DNA of 63,750 nucleotides from Hemiscyllium ocellatum (Eukaryota): contig NC_083426.1 in NCBI RefSeq assembly GCF_020745735.1, forward strand, positions 13,082,001 to 13,145,750. Reading direction: 5' to 3'. Under the pieces are notes generated by a model. That model was given only the letters and a program-made list of their open reading frames with translations. It was not told where the DNA came from and searched no databases. Made by a program: the position numbers and the translations under genes. Shown here piece by piece: positions 1-12,200 of the stretch (within the stretch, counting starts at the first letter, position 1; each line of letters starts with the position of its first letter).

Positions 1-830
1 CTGTCCTCTAACTGGTAATGACAAGCAAGCGACGTGCATTCCTGACCACCTGGTCCACTTGTGTTGCTACTTTCAGGGAACTCTGGACCTGTATGCCGAG
101 ATACCTCTGTATGTTAGAGCATCTAAGCATTCTGCCATTTACCGTATTCTTTCCAATTGCAATACACTTTCCAAAATACATCACATCACATTTGTCTGGA
201 TTAAGATCCATCAGCTATTTCTCTACCCAAGTCTCCAGCCTATCTACATCCTCTGGCAATCTCTCTCACAAGCTGCATCTTCATAATCTTCGTGAAACCT
301 GAAAACTTCTAAATGACACCTCCCACATTCTCCAGGGAATATTTTTAACGGGCAGTGCGGGCAGTTCCCGAACTATGAGATTGGAGGAAGTGGATGGGAG
401 ATTCCCTCAGGTGATGAGGTTGTGGATGGTCCTGACCCTGACAATTTTCTCCCATAATTTCCTTGCCATTGACCTAAGGCTCACTGGCCTGTAACTTCTT
501 GCGTTATCCCTGTTGTTTTTCTTAAACAAAGAGACAACATTAGCTATTCTCCTCTTGGACCTCTACTGTGATTAAAGATGATCCAACAATTTTCCACAAG
601 GCCCCAGCAATTTCCTCCAACTTCACCCTCTGAGATAGATCCTGGGGATTTGTCTATCTGAATTTTTTTTTCAAATGTCCAATCCTTTCCGTCTCCTGCA
701 TGTTCCTCAGTGAGTCCAACTGCCAATCCAACCAATCCATGAGGGTCTGACAGGACCTGCAACTGGACATACTTCCTGCAGATGGAGCTATTCAAATTGC
801 CTCTGATTTCCCACATTCCCCAGGAAAAAA
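1..830 (-). mobile_element. CR1-type LINE fragment
   Basis: Minus-strand ORF LNPDKCDVMYFGK...YLGIQVQSSLKVATQVDQVV, typical of the CR1 ORF2 RT C-terminal region. Confidence 0.8.
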
Positions 831-1050
831 TTACTACAACGCTGACTTACATTTTGACACTCTAGCAGCTATTCAATTAAATATAAATTTTGATTCAATT
901 AGTTTACTGCTAACATGATGGTTCCTAGTGCTAGAATCCCAATCAAGAATATTAAATGCACTATTCCCTAAACAACGGTCTAGGTATTACTCAATCCCAC
1001 TCGACACGACTACTCACTCACATCCCACTGCTCTAAAACCTTTCGAGTAT

Positions 1051-3326
1051 TGTCGTGAATGGGACCATGGCCTGGTAGATTTCATTGATAATAAGATCCC
1101 TGATTGGGGCTGTGACTTGGCCCAAACAGGGAGCTCCAGCTGACAAAGAGATTCACAAAACTGGATAAATACCCGATCCCTCGTCTCGAGGGCTTGGTGC
1201 AAAATAGACAGTAGGCTGTCCTTCATGAAGCTGGACATGAGCTACATCTACCTGCAATGGGGTCTGGATGAGGAGTCCCAGAACTACACCACAGTGAATA
1301 CCCATCAGGGATTGTACCAATATACAAGCCTGCCATTTAGAGTATCATCAGCCTGTGACCATTTAGAACATTTTACAAGGGCTACCCAGGGTTGCCATTT
1401 ATCAGGATGAGGTACTAATATTTGGAAAGACCAATGAAGAGCACATGGAGAAATTGGACATGGTGTTTAATGTTTCTCCCAGGTGGGCATGTGTCTTAGA
1501 AGGGAGAAATATGTCTTCCAGGTTCCCCCAGTGACCTATTTCAGTTACAAAATCATCAAAGTCAGGTTACACCCATTGGAAGATCAAGGGAGGCTCAATC
1601 AAAGTTGCCCCCACTCCCACTTCTATACTGGAGCTGAGGTCTTTCCTGAGGTTGGTGAAGTATTACAGGACATTCATCCAGAAACTGACCTCCAACCTTG
1701 CAGCCTTCCACCTATTATTGATAAACAGTCAGCCTTGAAAGTGGTCGTGTCAACAAGAAATAGACTTTACGGAAGTGAGAAAGCTCTTATCGCAATCTAA
1801 GTTGTTGTCTGACTATGATCCCAAGTCAGAGGTGGTGCTGACATGCGGTGTTTCCCCGTACAGTATCAGGGTAGCGTTGACTCCCCAGTGGCTCAGCAGA
1901 GAGGAACACCCGTCAGCTTGTACTATCCAGACTTTGGCTGATGCTGAACACGAAGACTCCCAGATAGAGAAGGAAGGCGGTGATGTCATCTTTGATGTGA
2001 GAAAGTTCCACCAATACCTTTACAGACATACATTTGTCATGGTAATGACGCACAAACACCTGTTAGGGTTATTTAAAGAACACATAGATTCTGGGCAAAT
2101 TCAGCGATGGGCCCTTACTCTCAGTGTGTACCATTACCAGTTGGAACACTGTCCAGAAGGTCAAATGGCAAATTTGAATGTGTTGAGGCCTCCCACCCAA
2201 ATGGCAGATATACCATCGGTGGTGACTCCCTAGGACAGTCCCTGCTGGTTTTAAACTTCCTGGACATCTTTCTGGTCACCGTTGACGATGTCCGGCTGTG
2301 GACACATAACGATCCTGGCAAACTAAAACAGATGGAGGTAATTGGGAAACAAAAGGGCCACGAGAACCCAGACTGAAACCTTTCTGAACCCGGTGAAACC
2401 AGACCACTGTAGGGTACAGCATGTTCCTATGGGGAGCATAACTGATTATCCCGAGAAAAGATCCCTGCCACATACTGGCTGAACTGAAAATGTGTTGCTG
2501 GAAAAGCGCAGCAGGTCAGGCAGCATCCAAAGAGCAGGAGAATCAATGTTTCGGGCATGAGCCCCTTTTCCAGCAACACATTTTCAGCTCTGATCTCCAG
2601 CATCTACAGTCCTCACTTTCCCCTCGAAGATACTGGCTGAACTCAAGCCGGGACTTCCAGGGGTTTCCAAGATGAAGATGTTGGCAAGGCATTCTGTCCG
2701 ATGGTCAGGATTGTTCCCGTGACATACAAAGTTTGGATAAGTGAGGCGATTCTGAACAAATCTGGATCAGCTGAAAGCTGCAAACATGCAAATGGGGCAG
2801 GAGCAAAACATACCCAGCCCCTCACAACAGCCAGAAAGGCTGTCAGAAATTGTGGCTTCTAGTTGGTGACCTCAGAGTCCAGGTAGGAAGCAGACTCGAT
2901 CCCATCACAATTGGAAAATGAGGAGGGAACTCTCCAAGACACTCTGAACACAAGAGATGGGTTATAGCCTAGTGCACATGGCCCATTTCCAGGTCCTAGT
3001 CAGAAGGACAGATCGAGGGTGAAAACATCTCAGGAAGAGAAGCTACAAGAGAAAGGATGGGCCTACATCCCCGGATTTAGAGGGGGAGGAATGTAGAGAT
3101 TGGCACCATGACCAAGTGGATCTTATTGATAATGAGATCCTTGATTGGTGTTGTTAGCCTGCATCAATCAAGGAGCCTTGGTTGACAGATATAAACAGGA
3201 GATTCAAAAGGGCTCTTCAATCTATGGATTGTCTTGGAGCTGACTGGTCACAGCCTATGTCTGTTTACATGTAAATAAAGGGGGACTTGGTGACAGGATA
3301 CTGGCCTCTCTGCAGTTATTCCAACA
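1051..3326 (+). mobile_element. Degenerate Ty3/Gypsy LTR retrotransposon (RT, RNase H and integrase remnants, 3' LTR)
   Basis: Contains [56 protein letters not shown] and IQRWALTLS. A polypurine tract (3081-3091) is followed by the LTR TG..CA at 3092-3326. A degenerate 5' LTR-like segment starts at 1051. Confidence 0.85.
2486..2629. mobile_element. Short Penelope-terminus-derived insertion with an internal inverted repeat and a 14-bp flanking direct repeat
   Basis: CTGAAAATGTGTTGCTGGAAAAG ... CTTTTCCAGCAACACATTTTCAG. ATACTGGCTGAACT at 2472-2485 and 2630-2643. Sequence resembles the element end at 26724-26850. Confidence 0.7.
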
Positions 3327-3539
3327 ATAAAAGCATAATGGGAATTGAAAGTGAGAGAAAGAGAATCAGCTGACCACTATTGACCAATCAGGAGCCCTGC
3401 TGTCCAAAATGTCCCTTTGCAATGTGTGATGTAATGAAGTGCAGCCCCCAGATCAGCAGCTGTCCCTTCACTGTTACTGTGGTGAGTGATTCAACAGCGA
3501 AGGGTTTCTATCTATGAATGTGTGAGAAAGCACCCAAAC

Positions 3540-3640
3540 ACTTAATGAGGAACTCAGGAATTGACCCAAAGTGGTCTTGCAGATTGTTAAAGAGGAACTG
3601 GGCAACTGTAATATGAAGCAGGAAGTGACAGATATAACTG
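3540..3640 (+). promoter_or_regulatory. Putative proximal promoter of gene A with ETS/PU.1-type sites
   Basis: AAAGAGGAACTG at 3589-3600 and CAGGAAGTG at 3619-3627, 100-130 bp upstream of the ATG. Motif match only. Confidence 0.5.
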
Positions 3641-3722
3641 GGAGTAAACTAATTCAAACACAGCTCTCCTAACAGACAATATCTGAACAGTGAGAATTCA
3701 CCCACAAGAAACATCTGGAGTC

Positions 3723-3762
3723 ATGAAAATAATTGTGTTTTTCATTCTTATCTCAGTGTCAA
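3723..3762 (+). CDS. Gene A exon 1: signal peptide (MKIIVFFILISVS) of a CD300/pIgR-like receptor
   Basis: ATG at 3723, a short hydrophobic run, and a phase-1 donor A|GTAAGT at 3763. Splices in frame to the Ig exon at 7569. Confidence 0.88.
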
Positions 3763-4855
3763 GTAAGTATCCTTTTCAGTATAATTAAAATGTACGTTTT
3801 AAATAAGAGCTGAGAAAGACCAGGAATGTTTATTGACACAGTGGCCAGTCAGTTTGTGAGGGAGTTAATGAGTAGTTACTGACATGTTGTTTGGAAAGTT
3901 GGTATTGTGGTTGAGGTCAGTCTGTTCCCCAGCATCACCCGCCTGGTTTTGTGTCTCTCTGTGGGATCCCACTGAACCTGAATGTTTCTGTCCTGTCTCA
4001 AACCAGAGTTCCTCGTCAGTGCTAACACAGTAACTCAAGTTTTTCTTTGAAGTAACGAAGGTCGTACAATAGGGCAGCTTAACCCACCCAAAGTCCTTCA
4101 GAGAAGGGAGGGCTGTGGCACAATGGGGTTGTTCATGGTCACGTCATCCAGAGACCCAGGCTCAAGTCACACAGTGGTGGATGGAGAGACCTGAACTTCA
4201 CAAATCTGGATATCTATCGGACCCTTTAGGGAAGGAAATCTCCTGAATGACATGTCATTGCAGACTCACAGCGATGTGGTTGATGTACAACTGCCTTCGA
4301 AATTCAGAATGTACTCAGCTCAGGGATAATTGCAGATAAACAACTTGGATGGTCGTAGTAGCTACATCCCAGAAAAGGATTTATGAAATGAGCTTCAAAA
4401 TGTAAAATTTGGCTCAGCATCCAATGTGATCACTGAAGGCAGTATCATGCCTCCTTCTCTTGGTACCCAAGTGCAGACTGAGAAACGATGGCTAATGGCT
4501 GAGAAAGCAATTTCATTTGAAATCAATGATTATCACCATGGACACAAACTCCTTCTTGTTATTCAGGACAGAATACCAGAGAGTGGCCCCTCATTCCAGA
4601 GGTTCACTTGCTGAGGAATATTGGCCACAGACACTAACAACGTCAACAGCCTGTCTTCTTTTACAAGAAATAATTGAATGGAGGAAAGATTTAAAACATC
4701 AATATATTTCTGAATGCCATGAACAAACCAGGGGCTGAGTTTTTCCATTCCCACCTTGAGCGAGTGCACATTGGGGGCATCAAGTTCCATTTCCCAGGCT
4801 CATCCCCATGCCCACAACTTTCTCTGCGCTTACAAATGGACAGACAGAGAAAAAC

Positions 4856-7177
4856 AGTTCAAAGTTTGTGAGAAGACTTGTAGCTCGGGTGCTCGTTGTT
4901 GTGGTTCTGTTCGCCGAGCTGGGAATTCGTGTTGCAGACGTTTCGTCCCCTGTCTAGGTAACATCCTCAGTGCTTGGGAGCCTCCTGTGAAGCACTTCTG
5001 TGATCTTTCCTCCGGCATTTATAATGATTTGTCTCTGCCGCTTCGGGTTGTCAGTTCCAGCTGTCCGCTGCAGTGGTCGGTATATTGGGTCCAGGTCGAT
5101 GTGCTTATTGATTGAATCTGTGGATGAGTGCTATGCCTCTAGGAATTCCCTGGCTGTTCTCTGTTTGGCTTGTCCTATAAAGTAGTGTTGTCCCAGTCAA
5201 ATTCATGTTGCTTGTCATCTGCGTGTGTGGCTACTAAGGATAGCTGGTCATGTCGTTTCATGGCTAGTTGGTGTTCATGGATACAGATCATTAGCTCCTG
5301 TTTTTCCAATGTAGTGTTTTGTGCAGTCCTTGCATGGGATTTTGTACACTACATTGGTTTTGCTCATGCTGGGTATCAGGTCCTTTGTCCTGATGAGTTG
5401 TTGTCTGAGAGTGGCGGTTGGTTTGTGTGCTGTTATGAGTCCTAGTTGTCACAGTAGTCTGGCTGTCAGTTCAGAAATGTTCTTGATGTATGGTAATGTG
5501 GCTAGTCCTTTGGGTTGTGACATGTCCTCGTTCCGTTATCTTTCCCTTAGGCATCTGTTGATGAAATTGCGTGGGTATCCGTTTTTGGTGAATATATTGT
5601 ATAGGTGTTCTTCTTCCTCTTTTTGCAGTTCTGGTGTACTGCAGTGTGTTGTGGCCTTTTTGAACAGTGTCTTGATGCAACTTCTTTTGTGTGTGTTGGG
5701 GTGGTTGCTTTCATAGTTCAGGACTTGGTCTGTGTGTGTGACTTTCCTGTATACCTTTGTGGTGAATTCTCCGTTCGGTGTTCTCTGTACCATCACGTCG
5801 AGGAATGGGAGCTGGTTGTTCTTTTCTTCCTCTCTAGTGATCGGATTCCTGTGAGTGTGGCATTGATGATCCAGTGTGTGTTCTCTATTTCTGTGTTTTT
5901 AATGATTACAAAGGTAATCTTAGTACGACCACTAGGACTCATAACAGCACACAATCCAACAGCTACTCTCAGACAACAACTCACCAGGACAAAGGACCCG
6001 ATAGCCAGCATAAGCAAAACCAACGTAGTGTACAATATCCCAAGCAAGGGCTGCACAAGACACTAGCTAGGACAAACAGGAAGACAGCTAACGATTCGTA
6101 TCCGTGAACACCAACTAGCCACGAACCAACAAGACCAGCTATCCTTAGAAGGTAAAAGCAATGACTGCAGATGTTGGAAACCAGATTCTAGATTAGTGGT
6201 GCTGGAAGAGCACAGCAGTTCAGGCAGCATCTGAGGAGCAGTAAAATCGACATTTCGGGCAAAAGCCCTTCGTTAGGAATACAGGCAGACAGCCTGAAGG
6301 ATGGAGAGATAAGCTAGAGGAGGGTGTGGGTGGGGAGAAAGTAGCATAGCGTACAATTGGTGATTGGGGAGAGGATGAAGGTGATAGGTCGGGGGCAAGG
6401 GGAGGGTGGAGTGGATGGGTGGAAAAGAGGCTAGGCAGGTAGAACAAGTCATGGGGAAAGTGCTGAGCTGGAAGTTTGGAACTAGGGTGAGGTGGGGGAA
6501 GGGGAAATGAGGAAACTGTTGAAGTCCACATTGATGCCCTGGGGTTGAAGTGTTCTGAGGCGGAGGATGGTGTTGCGGGAGCAGAAGTGAAGGAGGCCCA
6601 GGACCTCCATGTCCTTGGCAGAGTGGGAGCGGGAGTTGAAATGTTCGGCCACAGGGCGGTGTGGTTGATTAGTGCAGGTGTCCCAGAGATGTTCCCCAAA
6701 CGCGCTCTGCTAGGACACATCCAGTCTCCCCAATGTAGAGGAGACTGCATTGGGAGCAATGGATACAACAAATGATATTGGTGGATTTGCAGGTAAAACT
6801 TTGATGGATGTGGAATGCTCCTTTAGGGCCTTGGATGGAGGTGAGTAGCCACACACGCAGATGACAAGCAACATGAATTCGACTGGGACAACACTATTAT
6901 AGGGCAGGCCAAACAGAGAACAGCCAGGGAATTCCTCGAGGCATGGCACTCAACCACAGAATCTATAAACAAACATATCGAACTCGACCCAATATACCGG
7001 CCACTGCAGCGGACAGCCGGAAATGACAACCGGAAGCAGCAGAGACAAACCACTATAAATGCCGGAGGAAACATCACAGAAGTGCTTCACAGGAGGCTCC
7101 CAAGCACTGAGGATATCACCTAGACAGGGGACGAAACGTGTGCAACACAAATTCCCAGCTCGGCGAACAGAACCACA
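4856..7177. mobile_element. Penelope-like element (Poseidon-type) in an inverted arrangement, with a nested Neptune-type 3' fragment at about 6150-6845
   Basis: HPNTHKRSCIKTLFKKATTHCS thumb region on the minus strand. GIY-YIG NVVYNIP..GQTGRQL on both strands. Flanks ACAGAGAAAAAC (4844-4855) and ACAGAGGAAAAC (7178-7189). Confidence 0.85.
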
Positions 7178-7568
7178 ACAGAGGAAAACCGTGAAACAAA
7201 GCAAGGAATTTCCCTCCCCTGAGCTTCGTTCATCTTCCCAACATCAAAGATCTGTATAAATGGAAAACATAAATCAATGGTATGGTCATGAGTCTCCCCT
7301 TGAAGCACTGATTGAGCAGAATCTAGCCCCATTGTTAATCACAGGACAACCTTTCAGGAATAGTGGAGCAAAACTCAGTGTACACTATCATGTTTGTGAC
7401 AGAATCGGTGAATCTGATTCAACACAAGGAATTCCGTGTTGAAAATCGAGCTTGAGATCACAAATTACAAGGCTATAATCATGAAATAGGAGGTGTTATT
7501 TGATTAAATATATTCTTTCCTGATTCTCAGGCAGATGTCAACGATTGATCATTTTCATATTCCAATAG

Positions 7569-7886
7569 GTTCACATCAATTAACTGGGCCCAAGAAGGTT
7601 CGTGGAGAAGTTGGAGGTTCAGTCACTGTTGACTGTCACTATGATCAGAAATACAAGGAGCATATTAAAAAATGGTGTAAGGGTCTTACCATCCTTTACT
7701 GTCCTGTTATTGTTTCAACTGATTATCCACAAAATGAACGAGTATCATTGACCGATAACAAAACACATGGGATATTTTCAGTAACCATGGATAACCTGAG
7801 GAAGAGTGATGAAGGAGTATACTGGTGTGAAATAGAAGTACCTTTACTAAATGTAAGGGATTCTGTCAAATTAGACATTTTTGAAG
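7569..7886 (+). CDS. Gene A exon 2: V-type Ig domain of the CD300/CMRF35/pIgR-like family
   Basis: Acceptor TTCCAATAG|, 318 nt, phase 1-1, donor G|GTAAG. Protein LTGPKKVRGEVGGSVTVDCHY..KKWCKG..YCPVIV..IFSVTMDNLRKSDEGVYWC. It has the canonical B/F-strand Cys plus the extra C-C' Cys pair typical of CD300/TREM/pIgR. Confidence 0.95.
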
Positions 7887-9289
7887 GTAAGATGATCATG
7901 TCTTTCTACTCTGTCTACCCTGCCCAAAATTAAACATTTGAAATGAGAGTTAACCCTAGCTCTGCTCTGACAGTGACCCTGTGACAAATCCTGAGCTCCC
8001 CACAGGGGTGGTCACTCTTTTACTGAAGTGCCTGGAATCTGGGAATACTCTCCATGGGGACGGGCATCAGGAGAATGTCACACTGTGTACAGCCAAATCC
8101 CCGATGGCTCACCAGCATTTCCTTCCGTTTCTCCCGGGTGACCATGACTCCAGTGTGGAGTCTGGCTCAGTTAGTAACCTCGTGATAGCTCTGCACCCAG
8201 CAGGACAGAGGGTGGTCTTTTACCCACAAAAGGCCATTGGGTCATTGTCTTATTGAAAAGGATGGGATCACGATTAGTAATGGCCATTCGTGTGTCTGCA
8301 AGGAGGGTCAGAATATAAAATCCGAGCCTGAAGCAGCCCCAATAGCAAGGTTACCTATTGCTGCAGAGATATGGTGGTGATGGGGGGTACCTCCATACGT
8401 CTCAGAGTGACTGTAATGGAGTGTCCACTACAAGGGACTGGTGTTTATCTCAGTGGGTTCCCTGAACAACAGTTCACTCCTGATGTCATATGATTTCATA
8501 TAGATTGTGATGACCCAAAATTGATCATGTTGTTAGTTTAAATATCTATTAGTTACTCAAGATCCTGCTGCTGGTAATATCCCACAATAATGGGAAATTA
8601 TTGATCTCCCTTCCTGTCACCTTGCCTATGATTTTTCAAACTCTCCACCTCCCATCCCAAATCCAGAAGACTCAAAATCAAACCCATTCTAACCATGCCA
8701 ATTCCTGTGCTGTCACTGTCTGATCTATTTATATTATTAATAATATTTGTTTTCAGTTTGAGTTTTGGTTTTACTTTGACTTTTGGACAGTCCTGTGAAG
8801 TTCCTCCATGAAGCAGGTTGTACAGACCAATGCTCCGGAGGACAGAAGGATGCAGTGGAACTAGATTACCTCAGAGTAAAGAGTTGGGGGTGTGCGTCCC
8901 AGACAAGTAGTTTTAGGCTAAACCCCTGAAGAGTGATGGAAAGCTGAGTGTTTTTGAACTCAGGTGTCTAATAGCTCCAGGAACAAGCTATCAGCACTTC
9001 CAGTATGTCAGTTAAAATCACTGGTGACATAATCACATCGAGGTGTGAGAGAGACAGGGCCTCTAGCAGGACTCGTGTACAGGTGGTGTTTTGGTGACTG
9101 TACAAGATGTAGTTTGATACTGTATAAAAGCTGTTGCTTTTCTTTTCAAGTTTAAAAGGAAAGATTTGTCATTCATGGGTTATATTTCACTGCATGTTTT
9201 AACTTTCAATTTGTATTATAAGCTGATAGTTTGGTTCATTCTATTTCATCTTCATTTGTGTTGAGGAGCCAGTGTTGGACTGGGGTGCC

Positions 9290-12200
9290 CAAAGTTAAAA
9301 ATCACACAACACCAGGTTATAGTCCAACATTTGAAGTGCTGCTCCTTCTTCAGGTGGTTGTGAAGCAGCACTAAATGACACAGAATTCATAGCAAAAGAT
9401 TACAGCATCATGCAAGGAAAATGAAATATTTAACAAACCTAAATTGTTGTTAAGTCTTTCATCTTTTAGAATGGGTCGCAGCTTTTGGTTCATTAATATG
9501 TAGATCCCAGAACATATTTTCAGTCATTTTCTCAAGATATATTGATTTTAATAAAAAAAGGTAACATCTAAACTCAGACAATGTATTAAAGACATGAGGT
9601 TCGAGTCTGTCTGTATCCCGATCTTGAGTCAGACTGGTTCTGTTTCCAAAATGGAATTTACAAAATATTACATGGATTGACTGTGTGCAATGACTGCCTT
9701 CGGGTTGTGCATTTGTTGAGCAAAATAGAATGTTGCTGCAAATATATTTCTGCAAATACAAATTCACCCCATTGACTTATATGAGTGTTCACTTGTAGGA
9801 GAGAGAGAGAGAGAAAGAGTGTGTGAGAATATGAGTGTGTGTGTGAGTGTGAGAACACGTGAGAGAGTGTGTTTGTTTGCGTGTGTGCAAGCGTGGTAGA
9901 GTGTGTGTGTGTGAGTGTAATGTGGCATAATCCTGTGAGAGAATGCATGTGTGTCTGTATGTATGGGAGAGTGTATGTTTGAGTGAGGATCCGCTTAAGT
10001 GTGTGAGTATGTAAGAGTGTGTGCGTATGTGTGTGAGTGTGTATGAGTGTATAGTGTAGTGCGGTCACCTGTAGTGTGACATCAACCCAAGGTCCCAGTT
10101 GGATGGGTACCGAACTTGGCTATCAGCCTCTGCCCAGCCACTTTGCATTGTTGCCTGTCCCAAAGTCCACCTTGGAGGAAGGTCACCCAAAGATTGGAGA
10201 CCAAATGTCGCTGAAGTATTCTCCAAATGGGAGGGAACACCCCTGTCTGGTGATTGTTGTGTGGTGTCCATTCATCTGTTGTTGAAGCGCCTGAATGGTC
10301 TCACCAATGTACCATACCTCGGGGCATCCTTGCCTGCTGCGTATGAGATGGACAACGTTGGCCCATGGTGCATGAGCACCTGCCGCGTGCATGGTGGGTG
10401 GTACCCCATGTGTAATGGTGTATTCATGTTGACACTCTGACCCGTCATGCAGTGGTTGCCATGATAGGGTTGTACAGTGTTGTGGTTGATGTTGTCCTGA
10501 AGCCGGGCAGTTTGCTACGAAAAATTATCTGTTTCAGATTTGGCAGTTTAGATTAGATTAGATTATATTCCCTCCAGTATGGAAACAGGCCCTTCGGCCC
10601 AACAAGTCCACACTGACCCTCCAAAGAGTTACCCACCCAGACCCCTTTATTTACCCCTAACTAATGCAGCAGCACTTTGGGCAATTTAACATGACAGATT
10701 CACCTGATCAGCACATCTTTGGATTGTGGGAGGAAATCTACGCAGACAGGAGGAGAATGTGCAAACACCACACAAACAGTCACCCAAGGCAGGAATCAAA
10801 CCTGGGTCTCTGGTGCTGTGAGGCAGCAGTGCTAACCACTGAGACACTATGCCAACCTTGTTTAAAGGCAAGAAGTGGAGGAGTAGGGATGGTCTTGAAG
10901 AGGTGCTCATCCTTATCGCTAATGTGTTACAGGCTGCGAAGAACGTGGTGTAATTTTTTGGCTCCTGGGAAGTACTGGACAATGAAGAGTACCCTCTCAG
11001 TTGCAGCTCGTGTCTGTCTCCTGTGGAGGTTATTACAGTTCCTTGCTGTGGCGCATTGGAAAGGTGATCGATGAGTTCAGCATCGTACCCTGTTCTTATG
11101 AGAGCATCCTTCAGTACCTTCAGGTGTCTGACACATTCCTCCTTATCTGAACAGATCCTGTCAATGTGGAGGGCTTGTCCGGGGATGGCTGTTTTGGTAT
11201 GTCGTGACTGGAAGTTGGAGAAATGTAGTATCATGAGGTTATCTGTGGATTTGCGGTACAGTGACTTGCTGAGGTGTACATCCTTGACGGTGATGCATGT
11301 GCCCAAGAATGAGACAGATTCTAAAGAGGAGTCACTGTAAGTCTGATGGTGGGATGGAACTCATTTATATCATTGTGTAGTTGTTTCAATGACTCCTCAT
11401 CCTGGGTCCAGAGAAAGAAAATGTCTTCAATATATCTGGTGTATCGTATTGGTTAAAGGTCCTGTGCAGAAAAGGAGTCTTGTTCAAACTGTACATGAAA
11501 ATGTTGGCATATTGTGGTGCAAATTTGGTCCCCATGGCTGTTTCATGTCTCTGCCTTCCGAAGATACACAAAGCCAACACACCAGGACGTCCCATCGTAT
11601 CACGCAACGGAACCATGTGTGAAAACCTCTCTGGCTATGTCAAACACAGTCTGAAACCCATTGTACAGGGGACCCTGGCTTCTGTCACAGCACTACAGAT
11701 TTCTTACAGAACCTCAGCACCAGTCGAATCATGAATATTCCTCATTACAATGGACATTACAGCACTCTACACCAGCATTCCCCATGATGATGGCATTGTA
11801 ACAACAGCCTCAGTATTCAACACCAACAACTGCCAAACTGCCATCACTGTGCTACAACTCATTCGCTTCATCCTAGACCACAACATTTTCACCTTTGACA
11901 ACCAGTTCTTCATCCAGACACATGGAACAGCCATGGGGACCAAATTTGCACCCCAATATGCCAACATCTTCATGCACAGTTTCAAACAAGACTTCTCCTC
12001 AATGCAGGATCTCCAGCCAACACTACACACCAGATATATTGACCACATTTTCTTCCTCTGGCCCCATGGCGAAGAGTCACTGAAACAACTACACAGTGAT
12101 ATCAACGAGTTTCATCCCACCATCAGACCTACCACGAACTACTCATTAGTATCTGTCTCATTTTTGGACTAATGCATCTCCACCAAGGGTGTGTACCTCA

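Noticed and set aside
7535-7933. Single-exon ORF MSTIDHF...YPAQN as the gene product
   Set aside because: The ORF runs through intronic sequence on both sides of the Ig exon. The spliced leader gives a proper signal peptide, and canonical splice sites bound 7569-7886.
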